Shown here in pieces: positions 1-8,922 of a stretch of DNA of 56,523 nucleotides. The stretch spans positions 1 through 56,523 of the forward strand of contig JAGMBN010000001.1 in assembly GCA_023129655.1 (NCBI GenBank). Direction: 5' to 3'. The notes under the pieces were generated by a model. The model had not been told where the DNA came from. It saw only the letters and a program-made list of their open reading frames with translations, and searched no databases. The DNA comes from a bacterium (lineage in GTDB: Bacteria; JAHJDO01). The translations under genes and the position numbers were made by a program. Numbering within the stretch: position 1 is the first letter of the stretch; each line of letters starts with the position of its first letter.

Positions 1-170
1 CTATTGGCAGAATAAAACAAAAACCAGTTGTCATTGGTGGGGATATTGGCATTCGCTCAATGATGCAGGTTACAGCTTCCTTTGACCACAGGTGCATAGA
101 CGGCGCGCTTGGAGCAAAATTTCTGCAAAAGGTTAAGGAGTATCTGGAAGATCCGAAAGAGATTATGTAA
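1..170 (+). CDS. 2-oxoacid dehydrogenase E2 (dihydrolipoamide acyltransferase), 3' end only
   Basis: Frame is open from the window edge (first full codon at 3) to TAA 168-170. It translates IGRIKQKPVVIGGDIGIRSMMQVTASFDHRCIDGALGAKFLQKVKEYLEDPKEIM, which carries the DHRxxDG catalytic motif and C-terminus of the E2 acyltransferase domain. Confidence 0.8.
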   Translation, partial: IGRIKQKPVVIGGDIGIRSMMQVTASFDHRCIDGALGAKFLQKVKEYLEDPKEIM

Positions 171-344
171 CACGCAGAGATGGCGAATCACGAATGCTTT
201 CTTTGACAGCTGCTTGTTCCCCCAGACAGCTGAAGCAATCTGTTGTCTCCTCCGCTATCGGTTGTTCACTCCGCTACAACCGCCTGCTTTAGCTGGCGGT
301 TATGAGCAGAGCCTGCAATCTCACTTTCTCAGTTTGTTCTCTAT

Positions 345-1943
345 TTACTTAATCTGTGTCTTTTTTTCTATGACAATTTGAGGGCGTTTGTAGAATCCTA
401 TTTTTACATGTTTCAGTACAATTTTTGAATTGTTTTTCGGCCTTAACTTCTTATTCTTGAAGTACAATTTAATTTTCCTGTTACTGCCGTAATAAAAATA
501 TCCTCGTTTATAAATACCTTCAGCTTTTGATATGACTTCGCTCTGAAGACCCGGTTCAGAGAAATCAGTTGAAGGATCGCTTAACAAATAAGAAGTAAAA
601 TTAGCCGCCTTTCCAATCTCTTTAATTTCACTAATCTCTGTGATTTCACGAAGCCCATGATAGTCATACAGTCTTCTTGCAGTTAAGTTGTATACCTTAC
701 CATACTCCATGTTTCTTCCTGCTTTGTATATAAAGATTGCTCTGCCATTTTTTTGTTTGATGACAACATCGCTTCCATATTTGTAGATAACGACGCAGTG
801 TTTGAGACTGTAATTAACATTTCCAATTCTTGAAGTGTAAAGATCAGAGATATCCCTTTTCTGCGACTTTAAAGGAGCGATACCGTCTGGAAATGTGTCA
901 TGCTTTTTTGAATGAAAAGGTTCAGTGGAAAAATACGCAAAAATTGGCAAGTGATCTGAGTATCCTTTTCCAAGATGTTTGCCCCTGCCGTTTTTTGCTC
1001 GCTGCCAACGGTAGACGGCGTTTCCCTTGAACAGATAATCAGGATCAAACTTGTCAAACGAATTATCCACATAAGAGATCCCCTTATCATCGTAAAGAGC
1101 TTTGGGCAGGATAATGTTGTCAAGACTGTTCTTGTTACCGAAAAAATTGTATGACCAGCGCCTGGTCATATTGATTTCAAGCCATGTATTGTACAAATAT
1201 TTATTTGAGACCTGCGTTATCAAGACCTGTTCATTTACCATTTCAAAATCTTTGACAGTCATTAGAATATGATTAATTCCTGTAATGCCGGCAGTGTCGT
1301 TTAACCTGCTGGAATTTCTGAAGGTTTTGTATTCATTATAGTTTGAATTAAAATCACCTATCAGCACAAAGTCAACATCATCTTTTAGTTTGTCAATGTC
1401 TTCCTTGAGTGCTTTGGCATAAGCTATCCTGCCGCTTTCAGGCCCTCGTTTGGATCTCCAGTGATTGATAAACAGGATGAGACGATTCCCATCAATATCA
1501 AGAGTTATTTTGAGAATATTTCTGGCAAATTTACTATCAACCCGTATTTCTTCTTTCTTTATAATTGGAAACTTAGACAGAACGGCGCACTTCACGGTCG
1601 TGTTCTTGGAATCCGCAATCTCAAAATAAGGATAATCCAAACCAAAGTCCTTCAGCTTGCTGCGTAAAAGAATAAGAGAGCTTTTTGATTCAATCTCCTG
1701 CAACGCAACAACATCAGCCCTCAAGTCCTTTATTACTTCTGCGATATTTGTGATTTTAATGTCAACAATATTTTTTGTCCAGCCATAACCAGTGTTTGGA
1801 ATATACTCGGTGTATTCTGTCCCGTCCTTGTTAAGATCAAAAAGATTTTCAACATTATAACTTACAACCTTAAAGGTTCTTGCTTCTGTTGAGGTTACAC
1901 AGCAAAATAAAATAAGCAAAACTAATGCAATTGCCTTTTTCAT
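345..1943 (-). CDS. secreted endonuclease/exonuclease/phosphatase (EEP) family protein with an extra C-terminal domain
   Basis: 532-aa ORF with signal peptide MKKAIALVLLILFCCVTSTEA. EEP-fold motifs SYNVENLF, ALQEIE, GDFNS and SDHLP lie in the first ~340 aa. The ~190-aa C-terminal region is unassigned. Confidence 0.75.
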   Translation of the reverse strand: MKKAIALVLLILFCCVTSTEARTFKVVSYNVENLFDLNKDGTEYTEYIPNTGYGWTKNIVDIKITNIAEVIKDLRADVVALQEIESKSSLILLRSKLKDFGLDYPYFEIADSKNTTVKCAVLSKFPIIKKEEIRVDSKFARNILKITLDIDGNRLILFINHWRSKRGPESGRIAYAKALKEDIDKLKDDVDFVLIGDFNSNYNEYKTFRNSSRLNDTAGITGINHILMTVKDFEMVNEQVLITQVSNKYLYNTWLEINMTRRWSYNFFGNKNSLDNIILPKALYDDKGISYVDNSFDKFDPDYLFKGNAVYRWQRAKNGRGKHLGKGYSDHLPIFAYFSTEPFHSKKHDTFPDGIAPLKSQKRDISDLYTSRIGNVNYSLKHCVVIYKYGSDVVIKQKNGRAIFIYKAGRNMEYGKVYNLTARRLYDYHGLREITEISEIKEIGKAANFTSYLLSDPSTDFSEPGLQSEVISKAEGIYKRGYFYYGSNRKIKLYFKNKKLRPKNNSKIVLKHVKIGFYKRPQIVIEKKTQIK

Positions 1944-1984
1944 TTCCAGTTATCCTTTAATTATTAAGAGGATACCTAGTCGCT

Positions 1985-2413
1985 TTATTCTTTTTCAGGA
2001 TAACTTGCTTCTACACAGATACTGATTCCTCCGCGAGGACGGAATTCTCCGGTAACCAGAGCTTTTCTTGGATTACATGCCTTTACAATATCATCAAGGA
2101 TTCTATTAACAGCCTCTTCGTGAAATGTGGCAGAGTTTCTAAAAGAAAATAAATATAATTTCAAAGACTTACTTTCTATGCACTTTTTATCTGGGATGTA
2201 GCGGATTGTTATTATGCCGAAATCCGGCTGGCTGGTAACAGGACATATTGATGTAAACTCTGGACAGTCAAAGCTGATCCAATAATCTCTGTTGGAATAT
2301 TTGTTCTCAAATGTTTCCAGCTTGGCTTTATCAGGAGAAGCAGGAAATTTGGTTTTGCTTTTACCAAGTATTGTTAAATTGCCACCGTGTTTTTTAGACA
2401 TTTGTTTTCTCAT
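1985..2413 (-). CDS. queF: NADPH-dependent 7-cyano-7-deazaguanine (preQ0) reductase, unimodular type
   Basis: 142 aa with [18 protein letters not shown] (catalytic Cys region) and [15 protein letters not shown] (QueF motif). It follows queC with an overlap. Confidence 0.85.
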   Translation of the reverse strand: MRKQMSKKHGGNLTILGKSKTKFPASPDKAKLETFENKYSNRDYWISFDCPEFTSICPVTSQPDFGIITIRYIPDKKCIESKSLKLYLFSFRNSATFHEEAVNRILDDIVKACNPRKALVTGEFRPRGGISICVEASYPEKE

Positions 2414-3056
2414 AACCAGCCTCCCTAAATCCCTTTAATCTAAATTTACAGCTGTCGCATTTTCCACACGCTTTACCGTCAGAGCGTGGATTATAACAGC
2501 TCCATGTTATGGAATAATCAATTCCTAAGTCAGAGCCCTTTTTTATAATTTCTGCTTTAGACATTTTGAGTAAAGGCGCATGAATCTTTACTTTTTCTCC
2601 TTTAATGCCGGCTTTAGTCCCCAGATTTGCCAGTTTTTCAAATGCCTTTAAATACTCAGGCCTGCAATCCGGATAGCCGCTATAATCAACTGTATTTGCC
2701 CCGATAAATATATCGTTCGCTCCAACAACCTCTGCCCATGCCAATGCAATAGAAAGGAATATAGTATTTCTCGCTGGAACATACGTAACAGGTATTTTCG
2801 TTGAAGTATTATTTGTTGGAACATCTATATTATCTGTTAATGCTGATCCTCCAATTCCTCCCAACCCTATTACTATAATTTTGTGTTCCTTAACGCAGAA
2901 AAAATCAGCAGCTTTTTTAGCGCTTTCAATCTCAATCTTGTGGCGTTGTCCATAATCAAGGGTTAATGAGTACAACTCGTAGTTTTCCACCTTGGCAATA
3001 GCCATTACAGTTGTTGAGTCAATCCCTCCACTGCTGAGAATTACAGCCTTTTTCAT
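2394..3056 (-). CDS. queC: 7-cyano-7-deazaguanine synthase
   Basis: 220 aa with PP-loop SGGIDSTT at the N-terminus and C-terminal zinc Cys cluster [20 protein letters not shown]. Confidence 0.9.
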   Translation of the reverse strand: MKKAVILSSGGIDSTTVMAIAKVENYELYSLTLDYGQRHKIEIESAKKAADFFCVKEHKIIVIGLGGIGGSALTDNIDVPTNNTSTKIPVTYVPARNTIFLSIALAWAEVVGANDIFIGANTVDYSGYPDCRPEYLKAFEKLANLGTKAGIKGEKVKIHAPLLKMSKAEIIKKGSDLGIDYSITWSCYNPRSDGKACGKCDSCKFRLKGFREAGYEKTNV

Positions 3057-3698
3057 CTAAACACCTCTCGCATCCGACCCCCATATATATTTATGAATCT
3101 GAATCTGCATTCTAACATCCAGATTATCACAGCAAATCCATTCAGCGAGTTCCTTGGGAACTAGTTTACCATAAACAGGTGAAAAATGAACATAGTTTAC
3201 TCGTTGAGTGAGGTTGTATTTTGCCGCTATGTCTTTTGCCCAATCATAATCCTTTCTATCACCTATTACAAACTTAACCTCATCCTTTTTCCTTAAATAC
3301 TCAATATTTTTCCACAGCGTTTTAGCGCTCATTTTGCTTCCCGGACATTTTAGATCAAGTATTATTATTGCATGTTGATTTATATTCTTAATGCTAATAG
3401 TGCCATTTGTTTCAATTAAGACGATATATTTTTGCTTGATCAAGGTGTCAATTAACTTAGTGGTTTCTTTTTGCAGGAGAGGTTCTCCTCCTGTAATTTC
3501 TACCAGGTCCTGCCCCAGCATCTTTACTCTTTGGATAATTTCTTCTATAGATAGATCATCCCCATCTTTGTAAGCATACTTTGTGTCGCAGTAACCGCAT
3601 CTGAGATTGCAGCCCGTAAGCCTTATAAAACTGCATAATCTGCCGGCAAAGCTTCCCTCGCCCTGAATACTTTTAAAGATTTCATTAACCTTAAGCAT
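3057..3698 (-). CDS. queE: 7-carboxy-7-deazaguanine synthase (radical SAM)
   Basis: 213 aa with radical-SAM cluster motif CNLRCGYCDT and N-terminal IQGEG. It abuts queC with no gap. Confidence 0.85.
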   Translation of the reverse strand: MLKVNEIFKSIQGEGSFAGRLCSFIRLTGCNLRCGYCDTKYAYKDGDDLSIEEIIQRVKMLGQDLVEITGGEPLLQKETTKLIDTLIKQKYIVLIETNGTISIKNINQHAIIILDLKCPGSKMSAKTLWKNIEYLRKKDEVKFVIGDRKDYDWAKDIAAKYNLTQRVNYVHFSPVYGKLVPKELAEWICCDNLDVRMQIQIHKYIWGSDARGV

Positions 3699-3716
3699 GA
3701 ATTACCTGAATTCTTT

Positions 3717-3744
3717 TTGACATCAAATCAAAATTTGCTATTAT
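3717..3744 (+). promoter_or_regulatory. sigma70-type promoter for tRNA-Leu
   Basis: TTGACA (3717-3722), 16-nt spacer, TATTAT (3739-3744). The -10 element ends 21 nt before the mature tRNA 5' end. Confidence 0.6.
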
Positions 3745-3765
3745 GTAGAAAAATGAGAAACTTCT

Positions 3766-3849
3766 GCCGGGATGGTGAAATTGGCAGACACGCTAGCTTG
3801 AGGGGCTAGTGGGAGAAATCCTGTGCGAGTTCAAATCTCGCTCCCGGCA
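3766..3849 (+). tRNA. tRNA-Leu, anticodon GAG
   Basis: 84 nt. Acceptor stem GCCGGGA/TCCCGGC. Anticodon stem CTAGC/GCTAG with loop TTGAGGG (GAG at 3800-3802). Long variable arm (class II). T-arm GCGAG-TTCAAAT-CTCGC. Discriminator A. No encoded CCA. Confidence 0.9.
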
Positions 3850-3971
3850 CTGCTCAAATTTTCAATCTAAATCTATCATATGTGCTGGCTGGGCATGCGT
3901 AACACTATATCTCATAGGTGTTAAATAATCAAGCCCGGAGCAGGTATGGAGCAGGTAATGCAAGAAGTTTT

Positions 3972-4817
3972 ATGCATAATAATTTTATACTAAGATGTGG
4001 TAAATACACAATAGATTTGAATGCCAAGCCAGCATTAATGGGCATATTGAATGTAACCCCTGATTCTTTTTCTGATGGAGGATTATACAATACACATCAA
4101 AAGGCAATAAATCGGATTGATGAGATGATTGCGCAAGGCGCAAATATTATAGATATAGGGGGCGAGTCAACGCGTCCGGGCGCAGAACCAGTTACGGAAA
4201 AAGAAGAAAGCGCCAGAGTTATCTCTTTAATAAAAGAGATAGTCAAGAAATTTAATGTGCCTGTTTCAATTGATACAAGAAAAACAGAAGTTGCGAAAAA
4301 AGCTTTGGACGCAGGCGCTTGTATGGTAAATAATGTAGGGGGATTGAAAATGAACAGGGAACTTGGTAAAATTGTCGCACGTTATGACGTTCCTATTATT
4401 CTTATGCATATGAGGGGGAATCCACAGACTATGCAAAAGGATATTAAGTACGGATCAGTTGTTTTAGATATTATAGAGGAATTAAAAAGCAGTATAGCCC
4501 TGGCACAGGATGCTGGAATACGAGAAGATAATATCTTAGTAGATCCGGGAATTGGGTTTGGCAAGAATACAGAGGATAATTTAAAGATCATTAACAGGAT
4601 CAACGATTTTAAGATATTGGGAAAACCAGTTGTTTTAGGGCCGTCAAGAAAATCGTTTATAGGGAACGCGCTTAATTTAGATGTTAAAGAACGGCTTGAA
4701 GGTACATTAGCTACAGTGGCATATGCTGTCTTAAAGGATGTAAACATTATCCGCGTTCATGATGTTATGCAGACAAGAAGAGTTATTGACATGATAAAAG
4801 CTATAAAGGATGTTTAA
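3972..4817 (+). CDS. folP: dihydropteroate synthase
   Basis: Pterin-binding domain motifs MGILNVTPDSFSDGG, GGESTRPGA and DPGIGFGK. ATG 3972 is preferred over the ORF-track GTG 3918 because homology begins just after it. Confidence 0.9.
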   Translation: MHNNFILRCGKYTIDLNAKPALMGILNVTPDSFSDGGLYNTHQKAINRIDEMIAQGANIIDIGGESTRPGAEPVTEKEESARVISLIKEIVKKFNVPVSIDTRKTEVAKKALDAGACMVNNVGGLKMNRELGKIVARYDVPIILMHMRGNPQTMQKDIKYGSVVLDIIEELKSSIALAQDAGIREDNILVDPGIGFGKNTEDNLKIINRINDFKILGKPVVLGPSRKSFIGNALNLDVKERLEGTLATVAYAVLKDVNIIRVHDVMQTRRVIDMIKAIKDV

Positions 4818-5632
4818 TGTTTTCAAACTTTCTTGATAATACTATAAAGTTTTTTTCGGTTTTAGGCTGGCGAGATTTTGTAGAAGTTTTTGTGTTGGCT
4901 ATTATCTTCTACAGAGTCTTTTTGTTTATCAAGGGCACTAGAACTATCCAGATTATGAAGGGTCTCTTTGTTATTGTGCTTATTGCGCTTTTGGCAAAAA
5001 TAATGAACCTGTATACCATAAGCTGGATACTTGAGAGAGTATTAGCTATAGGTGTGATAGCTATCTTAATTGTTTTTCAACCTGAGCTAAGACGCGCTCT
5101 TTCAAGAATAGGACAGAATCCGCTTATAGATATACCATCGCAAGAGGCTGAGTTAATAGACGAAATAGTAAAATCTGTTAATATGCTTTCCAGAAAGAAT
5201 ATTGGCGCACTTATTGTAATTGGCCGTGAGATCGGTCTAAAAGATTATATGGAAACAGGTGTTCGTATAAATGCTAAAGTTACAAGCGAACTATTAAGCA
5301 GTATTTTTACTCCTAATTCACCTCTTCATGACGGAGCAGTCATAATTGAGCATGGAGAACTTGTTGCTGCAAGCTGTATTCTGCCTCTTGTAGAACTGCC
5401 TAATATTGGGAGAGTGCTGGGAACAAGACATAGAGCCGCCTTGAGTTTAACAAAAGAGACTGACGCTGTAGTGATTGTAGTATCAGAAGAAACTGGAGGT
5501 ATATCTGTTGCAATAAAGAGAAAACTGACACGCGATATAGATGGTATTACTCTGAGGAAAATATTGCAGAATCTATACGCTCCTAAGAAGAAAAGCAGAA
5601 AATCTTTCTGGATATGGAAGAGGAACAAGTAA
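4817..5632 (+). CDS. cdaA: diadenylate cyclase (c-di-AMP synthase), membrane-anchored CdaA type
   Basis: Three N-terminal hydrophobic helices, then DAC-domain motifs SPLHDGAVII and GTRHRAALSLTKETDAVVIVVSEETG. TAATG overlap with the folP stop. Confidence 0.9.
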   Translation: MFSNFLDNTIKFFSVLGWRDFVEVFVLAIIFYRVFLFIKGTRTIQIMKGLFVIVLIALLAKIMNLYTISWILERVLAIGVIAILIVFQPELRRALSRIGQNPLIDIPSQEAELIDEIVKSVNMLSRKNIGALIVIGREIGLKDYMETGVRINAKVTSELLSSIFTPNSPLHDGAVIIEHGELVAASCILPLVELPNIGRVLGTRHRAALSLTKETDAVVIVVSEETGGISVAIKRKLTRDIDGITLRKILQNLYAPKKKSRKSFWIWKRNK

Positions 5633-6018
5633 TGTTCAAAAATTGGGGATTTAAAATACTGTCATTTTTTATTGCTTGTATGATCTGGTTTTATGTATCA
5701 GGGGAAAAAGGAACAGATATTGTAAAAATAAAAGAAAAAGACAGAGTGCTAAGGAATGTTGTTGTAAAGGTAGCGCATCCATCTTCTTTTATCTTGCAAG
5801 CGAAACTGAATCCAAAGCATGTAAGTGTGCAAATAAGAGGTCAATCCGATATTGTAGATAAACTAACTCCTGAAAACATTTTTGTTTTTATAGATGTAAG
5901 CGCTTTAGAAAAGGGGAAGCATGTTTTGCCCGTACAAATTAACCTACCCGTAAACATAAGACTTATTCAAATTACTCCTACTGTGATAAATGTGCTGCTT
6001 AAAAAAAGAAATAAGTAG
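5632..6018 (+). CDS. short CdaR/YbbR-like protein (one TM helix plus one YbbR-type repeat)
   Basis: ATG 5632 overlaps the cdaA stop (TAATG). N-terminal helix GFKILSFFIACMIWFYV. Its position directly after cdaA is the canonical cdaR position. Only ~128 aa. Confidence 0.5.
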   Translation: MFKNWGFKILSFFIACMIWFYVSGEKGTDIVKIKEKDRVLRNVVVKVAHPSSFILQAKLNPKHVSVQIRGQSDIVDKLTPENIFVFIDVSALEKGKHVLPVQINLPVNIRLIQITPTVINVLLKKRNK

Positions 6019-6135
6019 TAATAGTATATAGCCGTTTTCAAAATTCAGAAAATAGGTAGGCAAGGATTAGGTTGAAATGATTGTCAAGAAAGCACCAAAA
6101 TATCACTGGTTTAGAATTCCAAATGGATCTCTCTA

Positions 6136-6573
6136 ATGTATAAATCTAATTGCATGTATTGCGCAAGATCTGAATTGCTTAGAAGTTTCGCAATTCAGAT
6201 AGTTGAGTTAGAACAAAGCATTGTTTATCTTCATAGAGATAGTAAATACAAGGGGCGGTGTATTGTGGCATTAAAGGAACATAAGCGAGAATTGTTTGAA
6301 TTAAGTGAGCAGCAGCGAAACCAATATATTCGGGAGGTGAGTAATGTTGCCCGGGCAGTTAAAACCGCATTTAATGCGGATAAAATAAATTATGCTGTTT
6401 ATGGCGACATAATGGATCATCTGCATTTTCACATTGTCCCGAAAAGAAAAAGTGGGACAGAATGGGGCAAGGCCTTTGAGGTTGTTCAGGCTACCCCTTC
6501 TTCTATGAGTGAAGAAGAAATAAAGCGATGTTGCGAGAAAATTTTAGAAAATCTTGAGTTTAAGCAAGAATAA
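6136..6573 (+). CDS. HIT (histidine triad) family protein
   Basis: 145 aa with histidine-triad motif HLHFHIVPKR. Confidence 0.8.
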   Translation: MYKSNCMYCARSELLRSFAIQIVELEQSIVYLHRDSKYKGRCIVALKEHKRELFELSEQQRNQYIREVSNVARAVKTAFNADKINYAVYGDIMDHLHFHIVPKRKSGTEWGKAFEVVQATPSSMSEEEIKRCCEKILENLEFKQE

Positions 6574-6589
6574 ACAGGCAGGAAATATC

Positions 6590-7822
6590 ATGGCAAAGGA
6601 CCTCCAGCATGAAATACCATTTGACCAGGTCTGGGTAAGCTGCCCGGAATTTGAGAATGCTCTTTATGATCATACTGTTACTTTGCCCCCAATCCATGCC
6701 ATTACCTATGGGCCAAAATTTCACTGGTTTAGTTACTATGACAAGTTCCAGTTTGATGCTTCAAATAGATTTGTTCTCTCGATGGAGATTGATTTTGAGG
6801 GCCAAAGTCCGGGCCATAAAGATGTTGTAACTATTGGCATGATTGATACAGAGGATAATAATAAGTGGATTGAACTTGGCCAATCTAAAGCCTGGTGCTG
6901 GCAACAGGGTTGTATGCTTCAGTGGAGGCCTGGTTCCGGAGATGAAATACTTTGGAATGACAGGGAAGGCAACAGATTTGTATGTCATATCCTCAATGTC
7001 AAAACCAATCAGAAAAGGACATTACCATACCCGATCTACCATGTTCACCCTGATGGGAAATGGGCGTTGGGAACTGATTTTGCCCGTATCCAGCTTATGC
7101 GTCCCGGTTACGGCTATGCTGGTATTGAAGACAGGAACGCAGAAGTTTTGGCTCCAGACGACTCCTGTATTTATCTTTTAAATTTGGATTCAGCTGAATG
7201 TAAGCCTCTTTTTTCCTGCGCTGATATATCTAAAATTCCTTATCCAGATGCAGATTGCAATGACGACAAGCATTACTTCAATTGTCCGGCGTGGAATAGT
7301 GAAGGCAGTAGATTTTTGTTTTTAGATCGTTGGCGGTCAGCTAAAGGGAAATGGGATGGCTTTAAGACGCGGATATTCACCGCTTCCTTTGATGGGACAG
7401 ACATCAGGTTGGTAACAGACAAACCGGGAGTTTCTCATTTTGCCTGGCGAGACCCTGAACATATTGTCCTATGGAGAGAAGGAGCTTATCGTCTATACAA
7501 AGATGATTGCACCTCCAATGAAAATATTATACTGCAAGCGACCAATGGTCATATAAATTTTCTGCCAAATAACGAATGGATGATAGCAGATACTTATCAT
7601 GACAAAAACAATTATCAAAATCTTTATCTTTTTCACATGTTGACAAAGGAAATAGTACCGCTCGGGCATTTTTATTTACCGCCGGAATATCGCGGTGGGG
7701 AATTAAGATGCGATCTACATCCGAGGATCAGTCGGGATGGTCAAAGCATATTGATAGATTCTACTCATGGCGGTAATGGCAGGCAAATGTACTTGATCGA
7801 TATTGGTAATATATTTAAGTGA
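6590..7822 (+). CDS. TolB-like beta-propeller protein (oligogalacturonate-lyase-like fold), function unknown
   Basis: About 410 aa from ATG 6590 (AGG-rich spacer upstream; the ORF-track TTG 6554 overlaps the HIT gene). Repeated propeller-like blades. C-terminal CDLHPRISRDGQSILIDSTHGGNGRQMYLIDI is typical of TolB-type propellers. No signal peptide. Confidence 0.45.
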   Translation: MAKDLQHEIPFDQVWVSCPEFENALYDHTVTLPPIHAITYGPKFHWFSYYDKFQFDASNRFVLSMEIDFEGQSPGHKDVVTIGMIDTEDNNKWIELGQSKAWCWQQGCMLQWRPGSGDEILWNDREGNRFVCHILNVKTNQKRTLPYPIYHVHPDGKWALGTDFARIQLMRPGYGYAGIEDRNAEVLAPDDSCIYLLNLDSAECKPLFSCADISKIPYPDADCNDDKHYFNCPAWNSEGSRFLFLDRWRSAKGKWDGFKTRIFTASFDGTDIRLVTDKPGVSHFAWRDPEHIVLWREGAYRLYKDDCTSNENIILQATNGHINFLPNNEWMIADTYHDKNNYQNLYLFHMLTKEIVPLGHFYLPPEYRGGELRCDLHPRISRDGQSILIDSTHGGNGRQMYLIDIGNIFK

Positions 7823-7836
7823 CGAAAGGACAAAAA

Positions 7837-8898
7837 ATGTTTAAAAATACTCCTATATTGCCAGCTGACATAATTTTTGCGCCAGCTTGGTGGTTTCATA
7901 ATGAAGGAATAATTTTTGACGAGGATTTTTTCTATCACCCTGCAAAAAGAGTAGAGTCTGAACGTAAGATGGAAAAGGCTCTCTTTGAACGGTGGGGGAA
8001 ATATGGTTTGGGACAAGATAAGGACAATGACCTGCCTGTTGTAGGCGCTGTGCATCTTGCTGCTGGGTATCTGCTTAGTGAGATGCTCGGATGCAAAGTC
8101 GAGTATAAAGAAGATGCCCCTCCGCAAGTGATTCCCACCCAACTGCAAGATTTGAATGTGTTACCCGAAGTGGCATTTGAAAGCTCCGCCTATAAGAAAT
8201 TTGAGCGATTAACCAAAGCCCTCAAAACAAAATACGGATATCTCACAGGTGACGTAAATTGGGCCGGCATCCTAAATATCGCCCTCGATCTTCGTGGTGA
8301 AGTCCTGTTTATGGATATGTTTGATAAGCCTGATGACGTCAATCGCTTTTTTGCCAAAATTGTCATGGTAATTGAAAAATTCACGCAGGATCTGCAGAAA
8401 AAGACTCTCTCTACATCAATCAGTGTTAACAGGAGTGTCCGTCATCTTGAACCGCCGGTATATTTGCACAGCGAATGTTCCCATACGATGATTTCCGTTG
8501 AGGATTATGAGAAATTCCTTTTTAACTATGATGCTCAATGGAGCAAAAAATACAGGCCTTTTGGCATTCATTTCTGTGGCAAGGACCCTCACCGGTATGC
8601 TGAGATTTTTGCCAAACTTCCACATCTTGATTTTCTTGACGTTGGGTGGGGCGGTGATGTGGCGCACTTGCGTAAACATCTTCCCAACACATTCCTGAAT
8701 ATTCGATTAAGTCCCGTGGAAATCATAGACCAGAGCGTCCATGAAATAGCAGATACAATTCGTCGTCTTGTCGCTGATTCTGGCAATCTTCAGCTTACAG
8801 GCATTTGTTGTATTAATATGGATGAGAAGGTTGTGGATGAAAAAATTACTGCACTCTTTGAGACAGTCGCCAATCTTCGAGAAGAGTTTAAGTGTTAA
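7837..8898 (+). CDS. uroporphyrinogen-decarboxylase (URO-D)-like family protein
   Basis: ATG 7837 preceded by AAGGA. TIM-barrel pattern with GIHFCGKDPHRYAEIFAKLP...LDVGWGGD resembles URO-D/MtaA-like proteins. Confidence 0.5.
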   Translation: MFKNTPILPADIIFAPAWWFHNEGIIFDEDFFYHPAKRVESERKMEKALFERWGKYGLGQDKDNDLPVVGAVHLAAGYLLSEMLGCKVEYKEDAPPQVIPTQLQDLNVLPEVAFESSAYKKFERLTKALKTKYGYLTGDVNWAGILNIALDLRGEVLFMDMFDKPDDVNRFFAKIVMVIEKFTQDLQKKTLSTSISVNRSVRHLEPPVYLHSECSHTMISVEDYEKFLFNYDAQWSKKYRPFGIHFCGKDPHRYAEIFAKLPHLDFLDVGWGGDVAHLRKHLPNTFLNIRLSPVEIIDQSVHEIADTIRRLVADSGNLQLTGICCINMDEKVVDEKITALFETVANLREEFKC

Positions 8899-8922
8899 AG
8901 ACATAGGTTAGGAGAAATTAAG

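Noticed and set aside
278-301. Hairpin AACCGCC-N10-GGCGGTT between the convergent E2 and EEP genes, considered as a bidirectional terminator
   Set aside because: The stem is only 7 bp, and no U-run follows it on either strand. This is not enough to call an intrinsic terminator.
109-381. 90-aa plus-strand ORF in the E2/EEP intergenic region
   Set aside because: It begins inside the E2 gene in another frame and crosses the gap to overlap the 3' end of the EEP gene. It has a low-complexity translation, no RBS and no recognisable motif. Most likely spurious.
3699-3765. Possible preQ1 riboswitch in the queE leader
   Set aside because: The leader is only 67 nt and shares space with the tRNA promoter. 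I could not find the conserved preQ1-I or preQ1-II aptamer sequence on the minus strand.
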